64,000 nt of DNA, taken from an uncultured Candidatus Rokubacteria bacterium (GTDB lineage Bacteria > Methylomirabilota > Methylomirabilia > Rokubacteriales > CSP1-6). The notes under the pieces are model-generated. The model saw only the letters and a program-made list of their open reading frames with translations, was not told the origin of the DNA and made no database searches. This document shows positions 11,707 to 21,028 of the stretch, in pieces. The stretch lies in NCBI GenBank assembly GCA_963758635.1, contig CAVWWD010000005.1, positions 32,001 through 96,000 on the forward strand, given 5' to 3'. How positions within the stretch are numbered: position 1 is the first letter of the stretch; each line of letters opens with the position of its first letter. The position numbers and the translations under genes were made by a program.

Positions 11707-11721
11707 GCAAGCGAGGTGCCA
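11707..11721 (-). promoter_or_regulatory. sigma54 (-24/-12) promoter of the GGDEF-like/bEBP/wza operon
   Basis: Minus strand TGGCAC-CTCGC-TTGC, exact consensus; IHF-like AT-rich tract at about 11758-11784. Confidence 0.85.
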
Positions 11722-11911
11722 GGACCTCGACACCCGGCCCGAGAGGCGAACGTCGTGAATCAACTCAATCAATCAAGACAGTTGACGTGACACTGCTTGC
11801 CGGCGCTTGGCTGCCAACTGGACAGCCAGACCATCGACACCGTGCGTCACCATGAAAGAACTGCATGAACGTAAGAAGGAAGACACTTCGGCGGATTGGG
11901 TAATCCGATAC

Positions 11912-13408
11912 CTAGGGCTGGTTCTCTACCTTGCTCTTCAGCCTCCGCTCGGCCTTCCCGTCGAGACCAGCCGCGGTGATCTTGTAGAGCAAGGCCTTAT
12001 AGCTGATCTTGAGCAGCCGGGCCGCCTCGGCGCGATTCCACCTGACGCGGTCGAGCACCTCTTTCAGGACGGCCTTCTCCGCCTCGAGCGCCGCGCGCTT
12101 GGCGATCTCCTTCAGCCCGAGCCCGAAGTCGCTATCCGGCGGACCCCGCAGCCGGGACAGGTGGCGGCGGACTCACGTGGACGGGGCCGGGCGGCGCCAC
12201 GGACCCGGCCATGGCCGCGCCCGGCCAGGGCCGGTTCCGCCGCATCGAGATCTCCTCGTGCAGGAGCGCGTCGTTCTGCAGCACGACGAGACGCTTGATC
12301 ATGTTCTCGAGCTCGCGCACGTTGCCCGGCCACGGGTATTCCTGGAGAAGCCGCATCGTCTCGCCCGAGATGGTCGGGTGAGTCGCGCTCGTACTGCATG
12401 CAGAACTTCCGTCGGAAGTGGTTCACGAGGAGGGGAATCTCCTCGCGGCGCTCCCGGAGCGGCGGCACCGAGATCGTCACCACGTTCAGGCGGTAGTAGA
12501 GGTCCTCCCGGAACTGCCCGGTCTGGATGATCGCGGCGAGCTCCTTGTTGGTGGCCGCGACGAGGCGCACGTCGGTGTCGATCAGCTCGCTGCCGCCCAC
12601 GCGGAAGAACTTCCCGTCCTGGAGGACGTGGAGGAGCTTCGCCTGCAGGCCGAGCGGCATCTCGCCGATCTCGTCGAGGAGGAACGTGCCGCGGTGGGCG
12701 AGCTCGAACTTGCCGGGCTTTCGCCGGTGCGCCCCGGTGAACGCCCCCTTCTCGTGCCCGAAGAGCTCGGACTCCAGCAGGTCGCCGGGGAGCGATGCGC
12801 AGTTCACCTTCAGGAACGGGCGGTCCCGCCGGCCGGAGATGTAATGGATGGCCTTGGCCACCATCTCCTTGCCGGTGCCGCTCTCGCCCTGGAGGAGGAT
12901 GGTCGCGTTGGTGTCGGCGGCCCGCCTGACGATGTTCTCCACCGCGCGCATCCGCTCGCTGTTCCTGAACAGCAGATCGAGGTCCGGCCAGAAGCGGTCG
13001 CCGTTCCCCGCGCTGGCCGCAACCTCGGCGGGCGACACCGCGTCGGGACGGGTCAAGGCGCCCTTCACCGCGTTGACGATGGCGCCGGACGAGCGCGGAC
13101 TTCCCGACGAAGTCGACGGCGCCCGCGCGCATGGCGCGCACGACCAGCCCCGGGTCCTGGAGCGCGGACATGGCGATGACCACCGCGTCGGTGTTCTCGA
13201 CCCGGATCTGCTGGAGCAGGGCGAACCCGTCGGTGCCCGGCATGTCCAGGTCGAAGAGGACGATCTGGGGATGAAGCGACGAAAGGATCGCCATCCCCTC
13301 GGGAGCGGTGGCGGCGGTGAGCACGCCGAACGTCCCGTCCCGGAGGAGACGGGCGAGGTTATCGCGGCTTACCGGGTCACCATCGACGACCAGAACGGAC
13401 GAGGCCAT
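11912..13408 (-). CDS. NtrC/AtoC-type sigma54 response regulator (frameshifts near 13093, 12378, 12138)
   Basis: Receiver [76 protein letters not shown]. Confidence 0.88.
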
Positions 13409-13471
13409 GAGGAGCGACTACTCCTTGACGGGGAGCCGGGACGGCCGGGATACTCGGGCCGGGATAGGAAA

Positions 13472-13832
13472 ATGCGCATCCTCGTCGTTGACGATGAGCC
13501 GTCCGTCGCGCAGGTCATCGCAGAGGCCGTCCAGGCTCGCGGAGATGCCGCGCTGGTGTGCCTGGACGCGACGGAGGCGATCGAGCTCCTGGAGACCACG
13601 AAGGTCGACGGCGTCTTCATGGACCTCGTGATGCCCGGCCTCGGCGGCCTCGCCGCGCTCGCCCGCATCCGCTCCCGCCACCCGAAGCTTCCCGTCGTGA
13701 TCTTCTCCGGTCATGCCGACGAGGACCAGGTGAGGGAGGCCTCTGAGCTTGGGAGCGGTCGAGGTGGTGCGCAAGCCCGCCGCGCTGACCCATCTCACCG
13801 AAGCGCTCGCCCGCCTCGAGCCGGGCGGTTGA
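13472..13832 (+). CDS. Single-domain response regulator (frameshift near 13750)
   Basis: MRILVVDDEP...VFMDLVMPG...PVVIFSG, continuing GAVEVVRKP in the shifted frame. Confidence 0.85.
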
Positions 13833-14048
13833 TACGCTCGCGTCATCCGGGTAGAACCCCCACGTTCGCGTCATTGTCGAGATGGTATGGGGTAATCGTT
13901 GGGAAAGGCAATGCCCAGATTCTCCGGGCAGCATGGCATTCTTGGGTCCGAACAGTGAGGAATTTGGAAATCCAGAGGGCCCAGAGGGACAGTTCCCGCG
14001 CGAGGCGAGTCATCCTTTCCCTTGCCTCGCAGTTGACGATCTGAGACC

Positions 14049-14459
14049 ATGACCGCCATGAGGGCACCCGCACGAGCGACCCTGCTGGTAGGAGTTCTCG
14101 GCTTCGTGCTGGCCGGCCCCGCCACCGCGCAAACCCCTCCCACGCAACCTTCGACGGCTCCAGCTCCTGTCGACGTCCAGACCTCCGTGACTCCCGCCGA
14201 CAGGAACCTCGAGATCATCGCCCCGTCCCCGGGGGCCCGCGACGTCACGCGTCCGCGTGAGGCGGACTTCTATCCCGAGGACGTCCGCGTGCAGCACGAG
14301 CCGGGGTTCGTGGAGCCGTTGACGGCGAGGCCGAAGACCGGACCCGTGAAGAAGGTCGGCGTCTCGGGATGGACGGCGCCGCCTGGGCGCGGCGACGGCA
14401 TCGTCCAGCGCGAGATCAGCGGCTGGTTCGGCTTCGGCATCAGCGTGATCTGGGAGTGA
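14049..14459 (+). CDS. Hypothetical secreted protein
   Basis: Signal peptide ending ATA-Q, Pro-rich N-terminus, C-terminal GWFGFGISVIWE. Confidence 0.65.
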   Translation: MTAMRAPARATLLVGVLGFVLAGPATAQTPPTQPSTAPAPVDVQTSVTPADRNLEIIAPSPGARDVTRPREADFYPEDVRVQHEPGFVEPLTARPKTGPVKKVGVSGWTAPPGRGDGIVQREISGWFGFGISVIWE

Positions 14460-14514
14460 CGCCGACCCGAAGCATCGGCCGGTCGTCACGTCGTCTCGCG
14501 CCCGCTCCCTCCCC

Positions 14515-15090
14515 ATGCCGATCCTGAAGGGCAACCTCCACGCGCACACGACGTTCTCGGACGGGCGCCGGCCCGTCGCCGAGGTCGTGAGCCGGTACCG
14601 GGAGATGGGCTACGACTTCCTCGCCATCACCGATCACGACTCGTGGGTGGGCGAGGACTACTGGTACAGCATCCCCGCGGGCGACGACCGGATGCTGATC
14701 CTCACCGGCATCGAGCTCAACTTCCTTCCGCTGTCGCAGCACGTGGGGAAGGTGATGGGCGACCGCGAGACCCTGTTCATCCTGAACCACCCCGCCCGCT
14801 ACGGCCTCAGCGTGGACGATGCGCTTCGCCGCATCGCGACCCTGCGCTCGGAAGGCCTGCCCATCGAGGCGGTGGAGGTGACCGACACCGGGGTGTACCA
14901 GCCGCGCTACGACGTGCCGGCGATGGGCGTGCCGCGCGTGGCCACCGACGATTCGCACCGCGACGACCACTTCGGCCGCGCGTGGATCGAGGTGGACGCG
15001 GCTCGCCAGCCCGACGCGATCCTCCGCGCCATCAAGGCTGGTCAGTTCCGGCTCGGGTTCGCCTCGCCCGGCGACGGCCTGCTTCGCTGA
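14515..15090 (+). CDS. PHP-domain metal-dependent phosphoesterase
   Basis: GNLHAHTTFSDG, AITDHD, NHP, DDSH motifs. Confidence 0.85.
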   Translation: MPILKGNLHAHTTFSDGRRPVAEVVSRYREMGYDFLAITDHDSWVGEDYWYSIPAGDDRMLILTGIELNFLPLSQHVGKVMGDRETLFILNHPARYGLSVDDALRRIATLRSEGLPIEAVEVTDTGVYQPRYDVPAMGVPRVATDDSHRDDHFGRAWIEVDAARQPDAILRAIKAGQFRLGFASPGDGLLR

Positions 15091-15096
15091 GGCCGC

Positions 15097-15687
15097 TCAG
15101 CGGGAGGGGGGCGCGGCCCCGATGCTCCGCAGCAGCATCGGCGTGAGCGCGGTGACCACGTCGCCCAGCGGCTCGTCCTCGCCGCGCGACAGCCACTGGA
15201 TCACCAGCTCGTTGACCGCGCCCAGCCACATCAGCGTGGCGATCCGCGTGTCGAGCGGCGGGATCGAGCGCTCGGCCACCGCCTGATCGAGGTGGGCCTG
15301 GACGAGCGCGGCGAAGCGGCCGTGCACCTCGGCGCGCTTCGCCTGGTAGGTCGGCCCGAGGCTCGCCGCCTCGAACAGGAGGATGCGCGCGAGCTCGCGA
15401 TGGCGGCCGAAGGTCTCGAGCCCCGCCCGCAGCGCGGCCTCGACCTTGCCGAGGGCCCCGTGCGAGCCGTCGATGGCCGTGCCCACCGCCGCGGCGAGGC
15501 GGCCGGAGAAGTCGTCGAGGAGGGCGAGGAACAGCGCCTCCTTGTTGGGGAAGTGGTGGTAGACCGCGCCCTTGGAGGTGCCGGAGGCGCGCACGATGTC
15601 GTCCACCGGCGCCCCGTGATACCCTTTTTCGGCGAACGTCCGGAGCGCGGCGCGCAGGATGCGGTCGCGCGTCGCCGTCCTGCTCAT
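15097..15687 (-). CDS. TetR/AcrR family transcriptional regulator
   Basis: RILRAALRTFAEKGY...VDDIVRASGTSKGAVYHHFPNKEAL HTH. Confidence 0.93.
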   Translation of the reverse strand: MSRTATRDRILRAALRTFAEKGYHGAPVDDIVRASGTSKGAVYHHFPNKEALFLALLDDFSGRLAAAVGTAIDGSHGALGKVEAALRAGLETFGRHRELARILLFEAASLGPTYQAKRAEVHGRFAALVQAHLDQAVAERSIPPLDTRIATLMWLGAVNELVIQWLSRGEDEPLGDVVTALTPMLLRSIGAAPPSR

Positions 15688-15710
15688 CGCCCCACCGCCG
15701 AGGAGGCTCC

Positions 15711-16541
15711 ATGCAGGTCATCCGCATCGGCCATAGCCCGGACCCCGACGACGCCTTCATGTTCTACGCGCTCACGTCGGGGAAGGTGGCCATCCCCGGC
15801 GTCACCATCGAGCACCGGCTCGAGGACATCGAGTCGCTGAACCGGCGGGCGCGCACCGCCGAGCTCGAGGTGACCGCGGTCTCGGCCGCCGCCTACACGC
15901 TGATCCACGACCAGTACCGGATGATGGATCCGGGGGCCTCCATGGGAAAGGGCTACGGGCCCATCCTCGTCTCCCGGGAGCCGGTGCCGCGGAGCGAGAT
16001 CGAGGACAAGGTCGTGGCCATTCCCGGGAGCCACACGACGGCGGCGTTGCTTCTCCGGATGTTCTGCGGGGACCCGCCGATCATCGAGGTTGCCTTCGAC
16101 AAGATCCCCCAGGCCGTGCTGGAGGGCCAGGCGCACCTCGGCCTGCTCATCCACGAGGGACAGATCACGCACCGGGACATGGGCCTCGTGAAGGTCCTGG
16201 ACCTGGGCGAGGAGTGGGCGCGAGAGTCGGGCGGCCTGCCCCTGCCGCTGGGCATCAACGTCATGCGGCGCGACCTCGGCGAGCCGATGCACCGGAAGCT
16301 GTCCCAGGCCCTTCGCGACGCCATCGACTTCGCCCACGGCAACGTGGACGAGGCGCTCGAGTACGCGATGCGCTACGGGCGAGGCATCGACAAGGAGACG
16401 TGCCGGCGCTTCGTGCTGATGTACGTCAACGAGTACACGAAACAGCTCGGTGACGAGGGCCGCGCCGCGCTGGAGCGCCTCTACCGCCTCGCCCACGCCC
16501 GGGGGCTCATTGCCGCGATCCCGCCCGTCGACCCGATTTAA
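15711..16541 (+). CDS. mqnD: 1,4-dihydroxy-6-naphthoate synthase (MqnA/MqnD family)
   Basis: GHSPDPDDAFMFY, DIESLN, GYGP, GLLIHEG, LPLPLG, MYVN; adjacent to mqnC/mqnE. Confidence 0.88.
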   Translation: MQVIRIGHSPDPDDAFMFYALTSGKVAIPGVTIEHRLEDIESLNRRARTAELEVTAVSAAAYTLIHDQYRMMDPGASMGKGYGPILVSREPVPRSEIEDKVVAIPGSHTTAALLLRMFCGDPPIIEVAFDKIPQAVLEGQAHLGLLIHEGQITHRDMGLVKVLDLGEEWARESGGLPLPLGINVMRRDLGEPMHRKLSQALRDAIDFAHGNVDEALEYAMRYGRGIDKETCRRFVLMYVNEYTKQLGDEGRAALERLYRLAHARGLIAAIPPVDPI

Positions 16542-17611
16542 TACTCGCAGAGGATCTCGTATTCGGTCGTGCGCTGGGCGGGCGTGAAGCCCGCGTCGCG
16601 GATCAGGGTCACGACCTCGTCCACCGTCGTCCGGTTCACGTAGTCGGCGGCGGCGTGGACGTTCTCCTCGAAGAGGGTGCCCCCGAAGTCGTCGGCGCCC
16701 CAGGACAGCGCCACCTGTCCGGCCCGCTTGCCCTCCGAGAACCACGACGCCTGCACGTGGGGGAAGTTGTCGAGGTACAGCCGTGAGACGCCGAGCATGC
16801 GGAGGTAGGCGCTCGGCCCCTTGTACTGCTTGATCCACTTCTCGAGCAGCGTGTTGCCCGGCTTGAAGGACCACGGGACGAAGGCGGTGAAGCCCCCGTG
16901 CTCGTCCTGGAGCGCCCGGATCGCGTCCAGGTGGTCGAGCACGTCCTCGGGCGTCTCCACGTGCCCGTACATCATCGTGGCGGTGGAGCGGAACCCCTGC
17001 CGGTGCGCTTCCCGGTGCACGTCGAGCCAGGCCGCGGGGCCGCCCTTCTTGGGCTCGATGCGCCGCCGCACGCGCTCGGAGAGCACCTCGGCCCCGCCGC
17101 CGGGGAGCGTGTTCTGGCCGGCCTCCTTGAGGGCGGCCAGCACCTCGGGCACGTCGAGCTTCGACACCTCGGCCACGGTGCGGATCTCGGAGGCGGTGAA
17201 GTAGTGCGGCGTCACCGAGGGGAACCGCCGTCGCGTCTCCCGCACCAGCGACAGGTAGTAGGACAGCGGCAGCCCCGGGTTGTGCCCGCCCTGGAGCAGC
17301 ACGGTGGTGGCCCCGCGCTCGGCGGCGAAGGCCACCTTCGCCATGACCTCCTCCACCGTCAGCGTGTAGGCCTCGGGGTCGCCGGGCTTGCGGTAGAACG
17401 CGCAGAACTGGCAGTCGGTGACGCAGACGTTCGTGTAGTTCGGGTTCGAGTCGATGACGAACGTCACGCGGCGATCGGGGATCCGCCGGAAGCGCTCCTG
17501 CTGGGCCATCGCGCCCACGTCGACCAGGGGCGCCTCGGTGAGGAGCCAGAGGCCCTGCGCGCGGTCCAGCCGGCGGCCGGCCTCCCGCGCCTCGCGGATC
17601 CCGGCGAGCAC
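16538..17611 (-). CDS. mqnC: Cyclic dehypoxanthine futalosine synthase (radical SAM)
   Basis: NYTNVCVTDCQFCAF, LLQGGHNP, PGGGAEVL, ATMMYGHVE, GADDFGGTLFEENV; GTG start just after the mqnE stop. Confidence 0.88.
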   Translation of the reverse strand: MLAGIREAREAGRRLDRAQGLWLLTEAPLVDVGAMAQQERFRRIPDRRVTFVIDSNPNYTNVCVTDCQFCAFYRKPGDPEAYTLTVEEVMAKVAFAAERGATTVLLQGGHNPGLPLSYYLSLVRETRRRFPSVTPHYFTASEIRTVAEVSKLDVPEVLAALKEAGQNTLPGGGAEVLSERVRRRIEPKKGGPAAWLDVHREAHRQGFRSTATMMYGHVETPEDVLDHLDAIRALQDEHGGFTAFVPWSFKPGNTLLEKWIKQYKGPSAYLRMLGVSRLYLDNFPHVQASWFSEGKRAGQVALSWGADDFGGTLFEENVHAAADYVNRTTVDEVVTLIRDAGFTPAQRTTEYEILCEY

Positions 17612-17613
17612 GG

Positions 17614-18717
17614 TCAGCTCCAGACGCGCACGACGTTGTAGAGGGCGTCGCGCTCCACCGCCGTCTTGCCCGCGTCGCGGATCATGCGGAGGATCTGATC
17701 GCGGGCCAGCCCGGCCGGGCTCTCCGCCTTGGCCATGTGGGCGATCTTCTCGTCCTCCAGGGTCCCGTTCACGTCGGACGCGCCGAAGTGCAGGGCCAGG
17801 GACGCCGTCTCCTCGCCGAGCATCACCCAGTACGCCTCCACGTGCGGGAAGTTGTCGAGGAGCAGCCGCGAGGCGGCGATCGTCCGCAGGTCGTCGGTGG
17901 GCGGAGTCTGGCGCGGCACGAGCTTGGTGTTGCCCACCTGATAGGACAGCGGGATGAAGGTCAGAAAGCCGCCCGACCGGTCCTGCTGCTCGCGCAGCCG
18001 CAGGAGGTGGTCGACGCGCTCCGGCCTGGTCTCGACGTGGCCGTAGAGCATGGTGGCGTTGGTCTTGATGCCGAGCTCGTGGGCGATCCCGTGGATCTCG
18101 CACCACCGGTCGGCGTCGGCCTTGCCCGTGTAGTGGAGGAGCTTCGCGAGGCGAGGAGAGAAGATCTCCGCGCCGCCCCCTGGCATGGAGTGGAGGCCCG
18201 CGGCCTTGAGCCGGGTGAGCGCCTCGCGCGGCTCGATCTTGAAGCGGCGCCACCAGTAGTCGACCTCGGCGGCGGTGAACGCCTTGATCTGCGTCTCCGG
18301 CCGCGCGGCGTGGATGGCCGCGATCATCCGCTCGAAGTAGTCGAACGGCCAGTCCGGGTGATGGCCGCCCACGATGTGCGCCTCGCGCGTCCCCGGCTTG
18401 ATCATCTCGAGGACGTCCTCGATGGAGTTCTCGAACGCGCCCGGCTGGCCCTTCTTCCGCGCGAAGTCGCAGAAGCTGCACGAGAGCACGCAGACGTTCG
18501 TGGGATTGACGTAGCGGTTGAGCACGAAGAAGACCTGGTCGCCGTAGCGCCGGCTCTTCACGAGGTCGGCCATGCGTCCCAGGCCGTGGAGGTCGTCGGT
18601 CTCGAAAAGAAGCAGCCCGTCCTCGCGGCTGAGCCGCGCGCCCTCCTGCACGCGCTCCCAGACGGGGAGCAGGCGTCGATCGCTGAACAACCCTGCGGGA
18701 GCCACGGCCGTCGCCAT
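17614..18717 (-). CDS. mqnE: Aminofutalosine synthase (radical SAM)
   Basis: NPTNVCVLSCSFCDF, HIVGG, IKAFTAAE, MPGGGAEIF, NATMLYGH, AYWVMLG, EKIAHMA. Confidence 0.9.
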   Translation of the reverse strand: MATAVAPAGLFSDRRLLPVWERVQEGARLSREDGLLLFETDDLHGLGRMADLVKSRRYGDQVFFVLNRYVNPTNVCVLSCSFCDFARKKGQPGAFENSIEDVLEMIKPGTREAHIVGGHHPDWPFDYFERMIAAIHAARPETQIKAFTAAEVDYWWRRFKIEPREALTRLKAAGLHSMPGGGAEIFSPRLAKLLHYTGKADADRWCEIHGIAHELGIKTNATMLYGHVETRPERVDHLLRLREQQDRSGGFLTFIPLSYQVGNTKLVPRQTPPTDDLRTIAASRLLLDNFPHVEAYWVMLGEETASLALHFGASDVNGTLEDEKIAHMAKAESPAGLARDQILRMIRDAGKTAVERDALYNVVRVWS

Positions 18718-18745
18718 CTGTCCCTCACCCTCCGCCGTTCGAGTA

Positions 18746-18761
18746 GACCGACTGGTCGGTC
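18746..18761. promoter_or_regulatory. Palindromic operator (TetR-type) over the predicted mqnE transcription start
   Basis: GACCGAC-TG-GTCGGTC perfect inverted repeat 2 nt downstream of the mqnE -10 box. Confidence 0.7.
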
Positions 18762-18763
18762 CG

Positions 18764-18792
18764 ATTCTAAGTACCCGTATTCCGACGGTCAA
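18764..18792 (-). promoter_or_regulatory. sigma70 promoter for mqnE-mqnC
   Basis: Minus strand TTGACC-17 nt-TAGAAT. Confidence 0.8.
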
Positions 18793-18794
18793 GC

Positions 18795-18823
18795 TTGACG
18801 TCGCGCCGAGCGCAGTGTTTACT
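18795..18823 (+). promoter_or_regulatory. Divergent sigma70 promoter for the MaoC-GT28 operon
   Basis: TTGACG-17 nt-TTTACT with TG extension, back-to-back with the mqnE -35. Confidence 0.6.
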
Positions 18824-18842
18824 GTCGCCGCACTGTCGTCCA

Positions 18843-18953
18843 AACGCATGACGTCACGTCAGGTGCGGGCGGGCGAAGCCCGGGCGCCCGCGCCCCAACG
18901 TATGACGTGACGTCAGGTGCGGGCGGGCGAAGCCCCGGGCGCCCGCACCCGGT
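18843..18953 (+). repeat. Two tandem 54-bp units, each carrying REP-like palindrome family A
   Basis: AACG(C/T)ATGACGT(C/G)ACGTCA-GGTGCGGGC-GGGCGAAGCCC-GG-GCGCCCGC(G/A)CCC twice. Confidence 0.9.
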
Positions 18954-18965
18954 AACGGAGGTCGA

Positions 18966-19430
18966 GTGACAGCGCAGCCGAGCACGCACGGCGCCCACTA
19001 CTTCGAGGATATCGAGGTCGGCGCCGAGTACGAGTCTCCCGGCCGGACCGTCACCGAGACGGACATCGTCCTCTTCGCGGGTCTCTCGGGCGACTACAAC
19101 GTCCTCCACACCGACGCCGAGCACATGAAGTCCTCGCAGTTCGGCGAGCGGATCGCCCACGGCCTCCTCGTCCTGTCCATGCAGGAAGGGCTGCTCGGCC
19201 GCGTGATGCCGGAAGGCGCGGGCCTCGCCCACGCCGCCATCGCGTGGCGCTTCCGGGGACCCATCAAGATCGGCGACACGATCCGCGTGCGCGCTCGCGT
19301 CACGGCCAAGGACGAGTCCACCACGCCCGGGCGTGGGATCATCAAGGTCGAGCGACGCGTGATGAACCAGCGCGACGAGGTGGTGCAGGAGGGAGAGACC
19401 GCGCACGTGATCGAGCGCCGGCGTGGCTGA
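18966..19430 (+). CDS. MaoC-family (R)-hydratase/dehydratase
   Basis: YFEDIEVG...RTVTETDIVLFAGLSGDYNVLHTD...RIAHG. Confidence 0.88.
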   Translation: MTAQPSTHGAHYFEDIEVGAEYESPGRTVTETDIVLFAGLSGDYNVLHTDAEHMKSSQFGERIAHGLLVLSMQEGLLGRVMPEGAGLAHAAIAWRFRGPIKIGDTIRVRARVTAKDESTTPGRGIIKVERRVMNQRDEVVQEGETAHVIERRRG

Positions 19431-19871
19431 CACGACGACCGCGCCCCGCGCCTGTTCGGGTCCTCGCAGCAGTTCTTCGAGGACGTGGAGATCGGCCCGT
19501 CGGTCGAGACGCCGGGCCTGACGGTGACGGAGGCGCACGTCGAGCTCTACGCCGGGCTCGTGTCCTGGCGTCCGGCCGACGCCGGCGCCGTCCCCGACCT
19601 GCTCCCCCTGGCCCTCTCGTCGGGACTGGGCTGGCGCGCCAACCGGACGCCGCTCGCCGTGCTCGCCTTCATGGGAGTCGACTGGTCGTTCCACCATCCG
19701 GTGCGCGTGGGTGACACCATCCACAACCGCTCCCGTACCGCGGCCAAGCGCGGCATGAAGGAGGGCGGCCTCGTCCTCGAGGAGCGCGAGATCCTGAACC
19801 AGCGCGGCGAGGTGGTCCAGTCGGGCCGCCTCAGAGTCCTCGTCGCCAGGCGTCCGAGCCCGGCTCCGTGA
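19423..19871 (+). CDS. Second MaoC-like hot-dog protein lacking the catalytic motif (probable frameshift near 19450)
   Basis: FFEDVEIG...TVTEAHVELYAGL...FHHPVRVGDTI...NQRGEVVQ; no GDxNxxH. Confidence 0.75.
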
Positions 19872-21028
19872 CCTCCGCCCCGACGCCCTCGGCCCCGCGG
19901 GTCCTGCTGCTCACCGCCTCCTACGGCTCCGGCCACAGCCTCGTGGCGCGGACGCTCGCGACGGAGCTGGAGCAGGCGGGCGCGCACGCCACTGTGGTCG
20001 ACCACTTCCGCGATCTCGTCCACCCGTCCTTCGACCGGGCGAGCCGCGCGCTCTACTACGCGGTGCTCCGCCGGACTCCCGTGCTCTGGGGCGGCGCGTA
20101 CTGGCTCAGCGACCAGATCAGCGTGTCGTCGCCGCTGCTGATGGGCGTCAACCGCCTGGGCATGCGCAAGCTGCGGCGCCTCCTCGAGCGCCTCCGGCCC
20201 GATCACGTGGTGTCGGTCCATCCCACGCCGGTGGCCGCGCTGTCCGCCCTCCGGGCGCGGGGCGTGCCCGTGCCCCCGCACACGACCGTGTTCACGGACT
20301 TCGTGGCCCACACGCAGTGGATCTTCCCGGACGTGGACCACTACTGCGTGCCTGCGGAGGAGATCGCCCACGACCTCACCGCGCGCGGGGTGCCGCGCGA
20401 GCGCGTCACGGTGACGGGCGTGCCGGTGGCCGCGGAGTTCGCCGAGCCGGCGGAGCGCGCGGCGGCGCGGTTGGCCCTCGGCCTGTCCCCCCGCCTGCCC
20501 GTGCTCCTCTTCATGGACGGATCGGGCGGGGGCTTCGGCCGCCTCGAGGACGCGACCCGGAAGGTCATGGAGACGGAGGAGCCGCTCCAGGCCGTGGTCG
20601 TGACGGGCCGCGAGGAAGCGCTCGAGGCCCGCCTGCGCGCGATGGCGGCGGACAGCCACGGGCGCGTGAAGGTGTTCGGCCACGTGGACAACGTCCGCCA
20701 GCTCATGGCCGCCGCCGACTTCCTCGTGACCAAGGCGGGTGGGCTGACGCTCGCCGAGGCTCTGGCCGCCGAGCTGCCCGTGATCTGCTTCGGGTCGCTG
20801 CCCGGGCAGGAGGCGCGCAACGAGCGGTTCGCGGCCATGGCCGGCGTGGCGCTGGTGGCGTCGAGCGTGGCCCAGCTCCACCGGGTCATCGTGTCCGCCC
20901 TCCGCGATCCCGTGCTCCTCCGGAACATGCGCGAGCGCATCCGCCTCTACCGGCGACCGCAGGCCGCGGGCACGATGGTGGAGATGGTGCTGGGACGAGC
21001 GCGTCGCGAGCGCGAGCTGGCCTCATGA
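19868..21028 (+). CDS. GT28 diacylglycerol glycosyltransferase (MGDG synthase/UgtP-like)
   Basis: ASYGSGH, PDHVVSVHP, TVFTDF..H..W, TKAGGLTLAEA, PGQEARN. Confidence 0.88.
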   Translation: MTSAPTPSAPRVLLLTASYGSGHSLVARTLATELEQAGAHATVVDHFRDLVHPSFDRASRALYYAVLRRTPVLWGGAYWLSDQISVSSPLLMGVNRLGMRKLRRLLERLRPDHVVSVHPTPVAALSALRARGVPVPPHTTVFTDFVAHTQWIFPDVDHYCVPAEEIAHDLTARGVPRERVTVTGVPVAAEFAEPAERAAARLALGLSPRLPVLLFMDGSGGGFGRLEDATRKVMETEEPLQAVVVTGREEALEARLRAMAADSHGRVKVFGHVDNVRQLMAAADFLVTKAGGLTLAEALAAELPVICFGSLPGQEARNERFAAMAGVALVASSVAQLHRVIVSALRDPVLLRNMRERIRLYRRPQAAGTMVEMVLGRARRERELAS

